Assembly: GCA_030141605.1 (NCBI GenBank)
Contig: JAQGDQ010001086.1
Span: 1-63,989 of the forward strand
Origin: Tubiluchus corallicola
Lineage: Eukaryota > Animalia > Priapulida
Length of the DNA stretch: 63,989 bases
Direction: 5' to 3'
Shown: positions 25,499 through 38,957 of the stretch, in pieces
How positions within the stretch are numbered: the first letter of the stretch is position 1
Layout of the letters: each line of letters begins with the position of its first letter
Made by a program: the position numbers and the translations under genes
Notes under the pieces: model-generated
Databases searched by the model: none
Seen by the model: only the letters and a program-made list of their open reading frames with translations
What the model was told of the DNA's origin: nothing

Positions 25499-25700
25499 TG
25501 TTGTTGGCATCCTTCTGTCTCGGAAGACAATAGAGTGTGCGCCAACAGCTATTGATCACATTGATGGAGCTGCAGCATCGACTGTGGCTGAGCAGTCCGA
25601 TCCTTGAACCACTGGAGTGGCCTGTCCAGGGTGCACGCCTGGGCAAGGTGTATGGAGACATACAGACAACAGGAAACCCCTCTCTTCCTCCCTGGTGTAG
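25499..25700 (-). mobile_element. Short 3' fragment of the same SINE downstream of the CDIN1 stop
   Basis: TTGGCATCCTTCTGTCTC...CTTCCTCCCTGGTGTAGTCC shared with the other two copies. Confidence 0.8.
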
Positions 25701-25794
25701 TCCTGTACTTCGTACTCTCCATTCATCATGACATATGATAAGATTCAAAGCTCTAAAATTCAAAGCTAAATTAACACTTCATACCCGCCATTCA

Positions 25795-26112
25795 TCACAA
25801 CGTCTCTAGAGTTTCAAATTTTGCAGGAAAATCGTTCATCAGCAAAATACCCTTGTCTCTGTTCACGTCCAACTCCTCAATAAAGTCGAACCAGTAAATG
25901 ACCAGTCCAGAACCGAACCGGTTCCAGTAGCTCCAGTACTGGTCCTTCAAGTAAGCGTTGTGGTTTTCTTCGTCTCCGAATGAAGCTTTGCTCTCCAGCC
26001 AGTTCACTACGCGTCCATCTACGGCTATCGGAACCTCCAGCTTGAAATCCGGCGTCTTATCGTAACCGTCCTCCCGCATTTTGTCTTCCGTGATAAAGCC
26101 AATGTCGTTTTT
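25795..26112 (-). CDS. CDIN1: CDIN1 exon 3, PD-(D/E)XK nuclease domain; total protein 278 aa
   Basis: ttgcag|[10 protein letters not shown]...GYDKTPDF...[11 protein letters not shown]...[17 protein letters not shown]. Confidence 0.95.
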   Translation of the reverse strand, partial: KNDIGFITEDKMREDGYDKTPDFKLEVPIAVDGRVVNWLESKASFGDEENHNAYLKDQYWSYWNRFGSGLVIYWFDFIEELDVNRDKGILLMNDFPAKFETLETL

Positions 26113-26245
26113 CTGCAAAAAAGAGAAAATATTGAAAAAAAAAACACCCGTGTAAATTTGCAACACGCGTAGATAAATAACTGTTCACTTTTTAAACCAC
26201 ATCCAGGGCACGTACTTTTCAAAAATGCAGGACATTACTCTAAAA

Positions 26246-26653
26246 GTATGTTGACACTAGGCAGAGGAGCTGCACAAGCAGCCAACGGCTAGAGGGCGGC
26301 GGAGGTAAAGTGACCCAACGGCCATGTGTAGAGGAGTAAACCTTCCAAATCAGGAGTGGAGCCCCGAAGGTGGACCAGTGCAGCATGCTCGCTGACTCCG
26401 GCAGCTCCTGCAGCCAACATGGTGCCAAACGTATCGCTCTGCTTTCCTTTGGACTACACCAGGGAGGAAGAGAGGAGGTTCCTGCGGTCTGGGCAACTCA
26501 GGATCTCCATACACCTTGCCCAGGCGTGTGCCATGGAGAGGTTCAAGGATCGCACTGCTCAGCCACAGCTGATGCTGCAGCTCCATCAATGTGATCAATA
26601 ACTGACTCTCTTGGCGCACACTCCATTGTCTTCTGAGACAGAAGGATGCCAAC
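26246..26653 (+). mobile_element. 5'-truncated copy of the 5S-derived SINE (no 5S head)
   Basis: Matches 7722-8056 in reverse; flanked by CATTACTCTAAAA / CATTATTCTAAAA TSD. Confidence 0.85.
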
Positions 26654-27044
26654 CATTATTCTAAAAAAATATAGGCCATTTTTTTGAAAAAAAAAAAAAA
26701 ATATAGGACGTTTTTCCATAAAAACGAAAGTTTCTAACCTTACACTACAGCGATTTTCAAAATTTCTGTGCAAATTCAAATGATTTTTCCTACATGTAAC
26801 CACACAATGAGAAAACCACCTCCGTAAAAACATACATACTTCGCGACGCACAACTGTTATTTACATTCATTAAAATGCACAAATCATGAAGATATGTACT
26901 TTTAATATCTAATTGTGGTTATGCGCGCCAAAGGCGCACGAAAAATATCAATAACATTCTGATTTCATTGAGAATTCGTGATTTTATAGCAATTATAGGA
27001 CATAACCCCAAAATATAGGAATTATAGGACGAGTATGAGCCTTA

Positions 27045-27086
<42 letters not shown>

Positions 27087-27489
27087 TTATTGAATATTTA
27101 AAATGCATTTTACATATTTAAAATATTAACACATAAATACTACGTACACAATAGGCAGTTATAAATAAAACTAAAATCGTAATGCATGTATATAAAAATC
27201 AGCAGTAATTAAATCCATAACTCCATATTGAATTTTTAATTAATTAAAAAAGCTTCTCTATAAAAATAAGCATCACAAATAACAATTCTTTCCCCCGCTA
27301 ATGCTGTTGGTCTGCCGAGTTTGACCGCGTTGGCTTTAAACTTGACGAGATGATGCAAATGTTTAGATAGATGGATGGACGGACGGACGCACACATTAAA
27401 GTCGTTAGAGAAAACACATACAGCCTAATAGCAAATTGACCGAAGAAGGAGGCAGGGAAAAACTTTGGACAAAGCAGCTCTTTCATGGC

Positions 27490-28262
27490 ACATGAATTAT
27501 GAATTTATTCCACAGCAACTCGAACATACATACAAATGGATATTACATTGAAAAAAATAAACTACGCGAGTTACTGTGAGGAGGAGGAAGGAGCATTGAG
27601 CTTTCGAGTCCTCCTCCAGATAAGTGGAACAATTGACAATTAACATTACATCGTATTTTCATCAGTTATCTAAACGAGTTACTGTGAGGAGAAGGAAGGA
27701 GCATTGAGCTTTCGAGTCCTCCTCCAGATAAGTGAAACAATTGACAATTAACATTACATAGTATTTTCATCAGTTATCTAAACGAGTTACTGTGAGGAGG
27801 AGGAAGGAGCATTGAGCTTTCGAGTCCTCCTCCAGATAAGTGGAACAATTGACAATTAACATTACATTTTCATCAGTTATCTAAACGAGTTACTGTGAGG
27901 AGGAAGGAGCATTGAGCTTTCGAGTCCTCCTCCAGATAAGTGAAACAATTGACAATTAACATTACATAGTATTTTCATGAGTTATAACGTACATTAGAAC
28001 AAAATAAGTTTGGTTAGTAACTTAAGATCAGGATGAGTAAAATTGTGAGTTAATTATACAGTTGTAGTAAGTAATTCTTTGATGCTTTTTTAAATGGATA
28101 AAGATTAAGAGTTTTCATTTCACATGGAATTGATGACCATATTTTAACAGCATTATATTTTGATGACTGTTTCATTATATTTGTTTTTGGAAGAGGGAGT
28201 ACACAGTTTCCGACTGAATATCTTGTGTAATGATCATGTTGATTTGAAACTGGACTAAAGTA
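27490..28262 (-). mobile_element. LINE 3' fragment with a ~108-bp 3' UTR segment repeated four times (27566-27980)
   Basis: ORF end HDHYTR...KYNAVKIWSSIP...FKK; repeated hairpin GGAGGAGGAC...CCTCCTCCTC; AATAAA and ATTCAT tail near 27495-27510. Confidence 0.65.
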
Positions 28263-28268
28263 TGACAT

Positions 28269-29447
28269 CCCCTCCCCACACACAGTCACAAACACACCTC
28301 CCCACACACAGTCACAAACACACCTTCCCACACACTGTCACAAACACACCTTCCCACACACAGTCACAAACACACCTTCCCACACACAGTCACAAACACA
28401 CCTTCCCACATACAGTCACAAACACACCTCCCCACACACAGTCACAAACACGCCTTCCCACACACAGTCACAAACACACCTTCCCACACACAGTCACAAA
28501 CACACCTCCCCACGCACAGTCACAAACACACCTTCCCACGCACAGTCACAAACACACCTCCCCACACACAGTCACAAACACACCTCCCCACACACAGTCA
28601 CAAACACACCTCCCCCCACACACAGTCACAAACACACCTCCCCACACACAGTCACAAACACACCTCCCCACACACAGTCACAAACACACCTCCCCACACA
28701 CAGTCACAAACACACCTCCCCACACACAGTCACAAATGCACCTCCCCACACAGTCACAAACACACCTTCCCACACACAGTCACAAACACACCTCCCCCCA
28801 CACACAGTCACAAACACACCTCCCCACACACAGTCACAAACACACCTCCCCACACACAGTCACAAACACACCTCCCCACACACAGTCACAAACACACCTC
28901 CCCACACACAGTCACAAACACACCTTCCCACACACAGTCACAAACACACCTCCCCACACACAGTCACAAACACACCTCCCCACACACAGTCACAAACACA
29001 CCTCCCCACACACAGTCACAAACACACCTCCCCACACACAGTCACAAACACACCTTCCCACACACAGTCACAAACACACCTCCCCCCACACACAGTCACA
29101 AACACACCTCCCCACACACAGTCACAAACACACCTCCCCACACACAGTCACAAACACACCTCCCCACACACAGTCACAAACACACCTCCCCACACACAGT
29201 CACAAATGCACCTCCCCACACAGTCACAAACACACCTTCCCACACACAGTCACAAACACACCTCCCCCCACACACAGTCACAAACACACCTCCCCACACA
29301 CAGTCACAAACACACCTCCCCCCACACACAGTCACAAACACACCTCCCCACACACAGTCACAAACACACCTCCCCACACACAGTCACAAATGCACCTCCC
29401 CACACACAGTCACAAACACACCTTCCCACACACAGTCACAAACACAC
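28269..29447. repeat. Minisatellite, 26-bp unit CCTCCCCACACACAGTCACAAACACA, ~45 copies, CDIN1 intron 2
   Basis: Directly visible; its edge is ~50 bp from the exon 2 donor. Confidence 0.97.
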
Positions 29448-29496
29448 GGAGTCTCTGCTTCTTCCACAGAGGTCTCCATGAAATAACAAAACCAAC

Positions 29497-29616
29497 CTCA
29501 AGTAGCTGCTGCAGCTTGAACTCATGCTCGAAGCCGACGGAACGACGAGCGGCGTCGACTAGAGGACCAAAATATTCGTCTTCAACGATGCACAGCTGTA
29601 CCTCACGGGCAAGAAC
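29497..29616 (-). CDS. CDIN1: CDIN1 exon 2
   Basis: cttag|VLAREVQLCIVEDEYFGPLVDAARRSVGFEHEFKLQQLLE|gttggt; 120 nt, phase 0/0. Confidence 0.9.
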
Positions 29617-29695
29617 CTAAGAGACAAAATTTAAAATCAGCGATCATTACTCGACTGTGAGTTGTATGGAAGCGTATGACATGTTAGCGGGTTCA

Positions 29696-29961
29696 ACCAG
29701 ACGGTTTAGTCTAGTGGTAATGTGTCTGCTTTCCGTCGGGGAGGTCGTGAGTTCGAGCCAGGGGCCGGGTCATACCAAAGACTTTTAAAATGGTACCTCC
29801 TGTTGCCCTGCCTGACGCGTGGTATTTAGGGTAAGAGTGGGGTAATAATAATCTCTGTTATGTAGTTGCAGGTTGTTATTTACAGTCGGCAATAATAGCT
29901 CTTTGAGCTAATGTTAACTGTTGACCCAAAAGCCGACTTTAAATAAAGATTATTATTATTA
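29696..29961 (+). mobile_element. tRNA-derived SINE, copy 2
   Basis: tRNA-like head (TTTAGTCTAGTGG...GTTCGAGCC), core GGGTCATACCAAAGACTTTTAAAATGGTACC resembling the Meta-domain as recalled, tail AATAAAGATTATTATT. Confidence 0.85.
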
Positions 29962-30307
29962 TATAACTCTCGACTGAGTCATAACAAAGATTTGAAAAAT
30001 GGTACCGCTTGGTCTTCAACCAAGCACGCGAGTTTGTCGAAGTAATAATGATAATCGGAACCAACTGGAAATAAGTATTGAGTTACTTAATGTGTCATCC
30101 TTCGGCTATGTCCTAAACAAAATTTTTATTAGTACTAGTAGTAAAGCCAGGCTTTCATGGGGCTTGCGACTTCCGCAACTACCTGAAAAGTCTAACAGTA
30201 GCCAAATATGCTCCAAAAGTTCCCCAAATAGTTGCAAAATATTCGTTAGTGTTCCAAATTGTCACCAGAAGGTTGCCGGCTTCCACAAAAAATGTGAAAA
30301 TGTTTGA

Positions 30308-30888
30308 AGGAAGACGGGATGATTTTTCATATGTTACCCCGTTTTCGAGTTCGACAAAAAGTATACATTTGAACACAATTAACACTGCAAAATCGTTTCT
30401 GATGATTAAATAATAAATTAAAAACTCATTTAATGGCAGGCGATCCCAACTATTGATGACATCACAAACTAACAATAATTTTCAACAGCAAAAATATTTC
30501 ACAAGCGTGTTGCACGTGTTTGTGAAAGTGAAAATTGACGTATGGTGCTACTGTAAGATATTCAGTGTGTTGTACTAAACTAGGGAAGTTTTTACATAAA
30601 AATTCGAATTTCAAATTTACCGCCCTCGAACTAAAACTATAAACATCATAAACTAACACATCTGGACTACGAGGTACAGCACCTGTTTTTTGTGCAATGT
30701 ATTTCCGAAATACAGGCACGTCTAACTAGCACATTGCAAACTGCACGTAATAGCTAAGAACTAGTGGCGCTTGTGTTTGTGTGGTAAAAATTCCCTCAAG
30801 TATGTCATTTTTAAAGAAACTGTATGTTTTCTTTCAATATTTCAAAAGAGTATATTGCTTTGACGCATAGATTGGGTCCGGTTTTGCT
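30308..30888. mobile_element. Kolobok-like TTAA MITE (~590 bp), copy 1
   Basis: AGGAAGACGGGATGATT ... AGATTGGGTCCGGTTTTGCT|TTAA; colinear with 56964-57550. Confidence 0.7.
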
Positions 30889-31256
30889 TTAAAGTTTTTC
30901 CCTGGTGTCAAATTGCCGTAAAACTATCTGAACATGAGCCAAACACAATTATGCAAACTTGTCGCTAATTAGTCGTGACGGTCAGCAGCTAATTATTGGC
31001 TTTTAAATTTTTTCCCGTCAGCAAATGAGTGTTGATAATGTTGTTAGTATTCTGTAAACGAGAAATCTCCTAACCGTGTGCTGTTGTTTTCAAAATGCTG
31101 TACATCAATTTCAACTAAGAAATTTTTCACATTTGAAAACGGATAAGTGTGCACGCACCTTAAGCAATCACATTCAAAATGCGTTCAAGCGGAACACGCT
31201 ATTTTTCAAACAGTAAAATAAAGAGAAACATAAACAAATAGTGATAAACATTGTAC

Positions 31257-31655
31257 CGGGTGACCGATGGCAGCAGGATTCTTCATCAGCCGAGAAATCT
31301 GACTCTTAGATCTCGGTTTCTCGATGTCGGTGGTCACCAGGTGTCGTTCTAGCACCAGCCGAGCCAGCGAAGCCGGCGACATGTGCAGCTTGTCGGCACA
31401 CTCGATTAAAAATCCAGCTGGCTTCGTCTCCCTCGCGCACTCTTGAAACATTTTGTAGTATCTGTCCAACGATTCGACGGAGTGGTGTTTTGCATACGAA
31501 CTTTTCATGTGTCGTTGGTAGGATTGCGACGCAATGCTGTACAGCGTGTTTCGGCAAATGTTAGGGTACTTAGCTTGCAGGACATTTACACAATTTCCAC
31601 TCCAGTGCATCGCGACAACTTCCTGATGAATTTGTTGGTATAGCAATCTCTTCAT
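31257..31655 (-). CDS. CDIN1: CDAN1-interacting nuclease 1 (C15orf41), exon 1
   Basis: ATG at 31655; TLYSIASQSYQRHMKSSYAKHH and PASLARLVLERHL match [22 protein letters not shown] and PSLMARLILERFL; donor CCG|gtacaa, phase 0. Confidence 0.9.
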
Positions 31656-31883
31656 ATTGTTCACAGAGCATAGACAAGCTAAATTATAACGTGTCGTATT
31701 TGCATCATTAGCACACACTTAATTAGAAACAGGGCCAGAATGCATTGCAGTAACTGTAACCATATTCGCGAAATGTCATTTGTCGTTGTGCATCGCTGAC
31801 ACACCACTTTTGTGCAACACAGCTGGTAGTAATCGTTAAAGAATGTTTGATTGGGTTAATGTCCTAAAAAGAAACAAGAATGT

Positions 31884-32410
31884 ACATAGACGTAGAACAT
31901 TTATTTTCTCCAATTAGTTTAAGATCAACAGTTTTTTCTTAAATATTAAGTAATTATAATCATGGAGCAGGGCAGGGAAGGACAATAGGGTCATCTAGTC
32001 TCCTGCCCTATCTCATAAATAGATTAGTATATTAAAAATTAACGGTGATGCTTCAGATAACAAAAACAAAAACAAATAAGAAAAAATAATAAAAACGGTA
32101 TTTATATAAATGATACATATTATCAAAAAAGAACTGAAAACAAAAAATAATAAAGTTAGATACCAAAAATCTAAACAAAACAATACAATTATTCAGTAAT
32201 TAGGATTATTATATGTAGTAGTTTCAAATGGGGTCTTATTAACAGGGGAATTTGACCAAGGTTAGTGAGTAAAGTTAAAAACTGAGAATATGGAAAGAAA
32301 AAACAAGCATAAAAAAGCGTAATATAGAAAAATTTATGAGAAAAAGTAAGCGAGCAACAATAGGAGATGAGGAGAAAAAAGAAAAGAAAGGTATGGAAAG
32401 AAAAAAATGT
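31884..32410 (-). mobile_element. Second copy of the same LINE 3' UTR with a short tail
   Basis: GAACATTTATTTTCTCCAATTAG...GGTTAGTGAGTAAAGTTAAAAAC shared with 8778-9340. Confidence 0.7.
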
Positions 32411-34245
32411 CATGAATACTTTCCCAAATTAGCTGTCAACTAATGATATCCTGACTAGGCCAGAATTTTACGGCGCCTCCTTTCGTTACCTGTACGGGAC
32501 CTATAATTGGTAAAATAAACCGCAATGGTTTATAAAAACTCTGGTAATCACAGTCATTATTAATTAATGAAATAAGTACAATTCCACAGCAATCGTTATC
32601 TAATGATTAATTTGAAACTTCTTCAACTTCAAGACTGTTTTTTAAATGACTTTAGGTGCATGTATGTATGAATATAGATTTGTGTACAAACATGTATACG
32701 ATTAAGCATCCAAAATCGAGCTAATCACCATTCCATTTACAGATCAACTTCAGTTCTGCTAAACTTTTCAGGTCGAGTATATTATAGAAACTCTTATTTT
32801 TATTTGTGCTTTTAGCTAGTTTAAAATCTAGTTTGTTTTAAGCAATTTTTTGTACTTATAAAGTTTTGACTTTTCGTTTTTACATATCTGCTATCATTGC
32901 TAACAGAAATTTTGCTATCATTATATTATAAACGTTCACTAATAATAAACGATTTTCTCACGCAACTTCGCTTTTTAATGTATCTCACCTAAAAACTAAA
33001 CGAAATGTACTATCTTACTACTAGTAATGTATATGTGAAATTAGAACAGAAATACAAGCCATTCCAATCAGCAGATAACTGAAGTTTTTCTCTTAGGGTA
33101 ATATCCATTTAGTTGGATATTAAGAAATGCACTCTCTTTTTAAAACAAATAAATGAAAGCAAAACAAATTTCGGTGCTGCTAAATTCTAAGAAAACCAAT
33201 ACATAGTACTCATTTGTTTAACAATCATGCAGGCCGCCACCTTGAATCAAAGTATACGCAATACTTGAATAAAAAACTTTCACGGGATGGCGGTGCACCG
33301 CCGACTGTTTGGGTCAGACATAGTGGAACGCCTAACAGCCTTGTGCGTACCTGATTGAATATATTTTTATTAATAAAAATTTTAATCACCGTGGCTGAAC
33401 CGTAAGAATATTATTGCTAGCATTTTAAGTCGTCCTATTATAATATATTATATTGAGCTGCCGTGAATGTGAATGCTGTCTATTCATAACGGAGACAGAA
33501 TGGATGACACTGCAGCCTAAATAATACTGCATGTTTTTGATTTGGCTAATCAGACGTCTCCGCTAAAACAAAATTCGAGTTATTGAATTGAATTGACCAT
33601 TTATTATTATGCACAACTGCACTTTCTTAAGTAAGAACAATCCGCTTACTCAAATTTAATGTCGAGCCTGGAAAGAAGACTTTACCGATCCGTTTGCAGC
33701 AAAGCCTGTCAACAGAGCCGGAAGAGGCACATTGTATTAAATAATACCGACCACTGACAAGGATCTACAATAGACCTTCCCTTTTTATAAGCTCAGGTGT
33801 GCACGTGTCTGGTAGCCTGTACTAGCACAGTCTAGAACAAGATCACAATACGTGTCTGTTCCAGATAAAGCCAAGTTCACATTCACTGGGTCCACTGTAT
33901 TCTTTTGGCAGTGTTAAATGTTATTTCTTTAATTTCAATTTTATTAATTTAATTTTAATTTTGATACGAGTCAACTCCAGCCGTAAGTACCATATACACT
34001 TATTTATTTATGTATTTTGAATGGTACAGTATTTTCTATACAGTACAAGTGTGAATAAGATTTCTAAACTAGAACATAAAAAACGCAATGTTCTTTATGG
34101 TGTCAATGATTACATGTTTTGTTCCAGATGTTTTCACCCTATTGGGCCTCGCCAAATGAAAAAAAATACAGGTAAAAACTCAAAGCAGTATGTACTGGTA
34201 CAAAACAAGAACATTAACAGCAAAAAAAATAGTAACTAAAAATAA

Positions 34246-34931
34246 TGTAGTGCAGGTGCTTGGGTGGCCGACTCTACACAACGTCTACCTTCATTCCAAA
34301 GTATGGCATGGTAACCAAACTAGTGTTACATGTCACCCCTAAAAGTACCAGTAGTCAAAACCTAAGTCTTCTAAATTATTCTTCTACAAATATTTTGATT
34401 CTTATTGGCTGAATCTCCACACCTTTTGCTTTCAACCAATCAGGTTCCATTTCGGCTCAATCTCCGACATGTGCACTAGTTTGGGGAAGGTTATAAAGGG
34501 CGGGTAAAAACCAGCTGTACTTTGGAGCTACAGTGGTAGTCGGGTAGTGCAGAGTTGGTGGTTCTTGTGCTTGTGTTTCCTCCATCAGACTTAGGGCTTA
34601 GAGCTCTCCTACTACCCGCTATATGGCAAGTTGGGTAACAGTCTCTCTACTTTATTTCTTTCTCCTGTTTTTCTTTTTTTGTTTAAAATCTGGTTGCAGT
34701 TAGTTTAGGCCTTGTAATATTTAAATCTCTTTCCAGTTAAATAGTCGGCATTACTTAATTCAGTTTTGGTTAATTGTGGTTATGTGGGAATCATTATTAG
34801 GCTGCTGAGCCTCCGTAACTACAGGCCTGAACCACCCCCGAGTGGTGAGGTGCCATCAACAGTTCAATATTAATAAATTAGAGATTCGAAATACAATAAG
34901 TTTGAAAAAGTGTAAAGAGGCCTGCATTAGA
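34246..34931 (+). mobile_element. Possible solo LTR
   Basis: Imperfect terminal IR TGTAGTGCAGG / CCTGCATTAGA, CCAAT boxes (34404, 34436), TATAAA at 34492, AATAAA at 34872; no clear TSD. Confidence 0.35.
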
Positions 34932-34979
34932 AGAAAAGCCCAGAACTACACAATCGCTCTCGCCACAACAAAAAAATTA

Positions 34980-35238
34980 ATTAATAATAACAGTAATAGT
35001 AATAGTAATAGTAATAGTAATAGTAATAGTAATAGTAATAGTAATAGTAATAGTAATAGTAATAGTAATAGTAATAGTAATAGTAATAGTAATAGTAATA
35101 GTAATAGTAATAGTAATAGTAATAGTAATAGTAATAGTAATAGTAATAGTAATAGTAATAGTAATAGTAATAGTAATAGTAATAGTAATAGTAATAGTAA
35201 TAGTAATAGTAATAGTAATAGTAATAGTAATAGTAATA
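34980..35238. repeat. (TAATAG)n hexamer tract continuing a SINE tail
   Basis: Directly visible. Confidence 0.95.
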
Positions 35239-35483
35239 ATCTTTATTTAAAGTTGGCTTTTGTGTCAACAATTAACATTAGCTCAAACAGCTATTATCGC
35301 CAAATGTAAATAACAACCTACAACTACATAACAGAGACTATTATTACCCCACTTTTACACTAAATACCACGTGTCGGGCAGGGTACCATTTTAAAGTCTT
35401 TGGTATGACCCAGCCGCTGGTTCGAACTCGCGACCTCTCAGACGAAAAGCAGACGCATTATAACTAGACTAAACCGTCTGGTC
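35239..35483 (-). mobile_element. tRNA-derived SINE, copy 3
   Basis: Near-identical to 3880-4131; its tail continues as (TAATAG)n at 34980-35238. Confidence 0.85.
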
Positions 35484-36097
35484 AAAAGTAAAGTAAAAAA
35501 GAATAAACATAGAGTGAAATTTATGTAATGTAAAGCATGTTTCTGTTAATTGTGCCATGTCAAATGTATATATAGTGTAAAATATATCATGTAAAATTTA
35601 AAGTACTTTTTTAATATTCTTTTGTAAAAATATTTTAATATGATGTTTGTAAATATGTTCATTTATTGTATATAATTAGATCTTAGTTTTGCACTTTAGT
35701 TTTTTTAGTCTGCACTGGACGCATTTGTCTTGAACAGTGTTGTTATCTTAACATTACGCTGAGGCTTACTCAATTTTATTATAATGTGTCAACCATTTTA
35801 ATAACAAATAAAGAATTAATAATAATAATAAACAGTGCAGCAGTAATTTTCGAGACATTTTGTTCAGACTAAGACACGTAGATCGTGGACCGTGTATCTA
35901 TGACCTGGTGGAGCAACAAAAGCTTGCTTGAACATTTATTAACCCACTTTGAACTTGATACATCAGTCGAATTTTAATTTCTAAATTTATGAGGCAACTG
36001 AAAATGGGTATTCATTGTCCTGAGAGTGTTGGACGTGGTCAGTTTGACCTTTATATGTTCCACTGACGCGTCGCTGATTGGCACAGTTACCATACAG

Positions 36098-36237
36098 TGC
36101 AAAACTATTGTAACTATTATCATAGTTTCATGCAAAACTATTGTAACTGTTATCATAGTTTCATGCAAAACTATTGTAACTGTTATCATAGTTTCATGCA
36201 AAACTATTGTAACTATTAGCATAGTTTCATGCAAAAC
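36098..36237. repeat. 33-bp unit x ~4
   Basis: TGCAAAACTATTGTAACTRTTATCATAGTTTCA repeats. Confidence 0.9.
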
Positions 36238-36384
36238 TTCTTCTTCATTGACTAATATAGGTTCTGCAAACCTGGGGAACGTGGTAGAATAGCGTGCATT
36301 GCTTTGTATATATATGTACAAAGAAACTATATAGTTATCATACGTTTTTTATTGATATCTCAAAAATAGTTCGAGCTTATAAAG

Positions 36385-36710
<326 letters not shown>

Positions 36711-38957
36711 ACCACTGCATGCAGCACACATTACCGAGCACGCTGCTATTTGTTTCGTCAAGCTCACGAACTTTTACACGTTTAAATTTAACTTAAATTG
36801 CGGAGCTGAAAAAATACGTCCACCCACCGCAACAGCCTGTTTAAGAACGAAGAATAGCTCTTGAACAAGCCATAGAACCAGCTAAAAAAACCTGCAGGAG
36901 GACAAATGTTAATATATTTAGATTTTGCACAGAAAGATTTAAACACTTCAGCATTGATCCTCGGAGATAAATCCGCTTGGGGCATTGCGACGAGCAGGGA
37001 GTCCTGGCATAGGGAGGTGAGCAGAATCATGTCCCTGGACGTATGATTCATTGGATGATGATGATGATGATGATGATGATCTGGCATAAGGAGGTGAGCA
37101 GAATAATGTCCCTGGACGTGTGATTCATTGGATGATTTTATACAACACACTTGAACGACGCACTAGTAATCAAAATCCTTTACCTAAAGTTAGGTACAAT
37201 AATTGAACTGTAGTCTTACTAAATAATTACTAAATAAATATTAAATAAACCAATAAGCTTTTATTCTATTTTCTAAGCCGCTTGTTCAAGTAAACAAAGC
37301 GGCGTCCAAAAAGCTAAGAAGAAGTAAGAAGAAGTAATGTAGAGCTTTGCCTTCTCCATATATATATAAGCGCTGCTTTGCTTAGTGCTTGTGGTGTCTT
37401 AGGATAACGTGGCATCAGCTGTGCCTAGCAGATTAAGCCGCGCTCATATCAATTACTGTGAGGACCGATGTATATTGCTTATACTTTTGCAGTGGGGGTA
37501 ATTATATTAAATTGCCAAGAATTTTCGGATGTTTAAAGAAAAACCGGATGATTGTGTAAACAGCAGTTCAGAATAAAGAATTATCGCCTTCTCCTCTTTA
37601 CTATGGTCACTAGTACCAATTATCGTATTCGTTATCATGTATTATTAATCTCTCTAATTAATATTGATTCTTATCTCTCGCTCGTGATTGTATAACACGT
37701 GACCTAAGGAGACACACGACTTATTTAAAGAGTGATTCGCTTCTATTACATTAATTGCTATAAGGTTATTTACAACCTGGCTCCTAGAGCTTAAGATAAA
37801 GTCTATAGGGCTATGATATCTTCCCACAAGATTGTCTCTATGACTCCGCGTTGTGATTAGAGTCTATATCTCTAAAGCTTACTAGCAAAAGTTCCCGCAA
37901 TTGAACTCGTAAATTAACTTAATGTACAGCAAATCTTCAGATTCGTTTACAGAATTTAATGTTGCTTAACTGAACACCTATAAGCATACACAAACTATTC
38001 CTTTAAGTTAAAGTGAAATCCGTTTATTGTTTACAACAATTACTCTTAGTCAACTAATATTACAATATTTGATCTTAATCGCCAAAGACGCTCACAATTA
38101 ATAATTAGCTCCAAGAGACACTAATCAGATTCACTTAACTATTTCCTTGCTTAAGGTGCTAATTACAATGTGAAGTATGCAATTACAATCAACTACACGT
38201 TACACTTAAGGTGCCTATTACACTGTGAATTTACTATGCAGAGTTGCTCTCAAGTTACGATATGTTAAGATCACTTAACTTGGTGGAATGACCAATGACA
38301 ACTGTTCAATTGGTCAAATCCAATTCCGCTGCAAGACTATATTCGCAGATCCAGTGCTCAAATCGTTGAGGACGCAGATTGTTGTCTACGCTGGGTCTAA
38401 CGTGTCTTTGCTTCTCTCAGAACTCCTGTAGCCTCTCCAGACTTGATCTTCTCCCTTCTCTCTGACTGACTGACGAACTCACTCACGTTCGATTCACATC
38501 CGACTAGCAACGTGTTCCGCAAACGACTAGCCACGTGCTCTTCCAAAACACCATCTTATATACTCTAATAGAGTTTCATAACATTGCGCGCTAACGCCGC
38601 AACGCGTCGCAATAGTTCAAAGGTTACGTTCTTGGCTTGGTGGTTTATGACCATCCAGATGGCAGGTAACGTAGCTTCTTACATGAGAAAAACACCGTTA
38701 CTCGCCTTGTCCTTCACTTCATCAACCCGAGAGGTTGTTCCTTGCGTCGCTTGGGTTATAAACTCTCGTTCAAGAAAAGAACCACTTTCTGCTTCTTCTC
38801 AATTATAGTTCGGCAACTCCGCATAACATTACATGAGGCTTATTATCTAACCACGCAATGTTATAAAATAAGCTTCGCTTCCTCTAAACTAAACACCTGC
38901 AATTTCTACGCTCTCTTAAATAAACACCTGTGACAAACTTTTACTCTCTAAATGAAC

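Noticed and set aside
28262-29620. 452-aa His/Thr/Pro-rich ORF
   Set aside because: Translation of the 26-bp minisatellite, antisense to CDIN1 intron 2 and exon 2
29696-29775. tRNA gene
   Set aside because: A and B boxes are present but the sequence continues into a body and tail shared by three dispersed copies, so it is a SINE head
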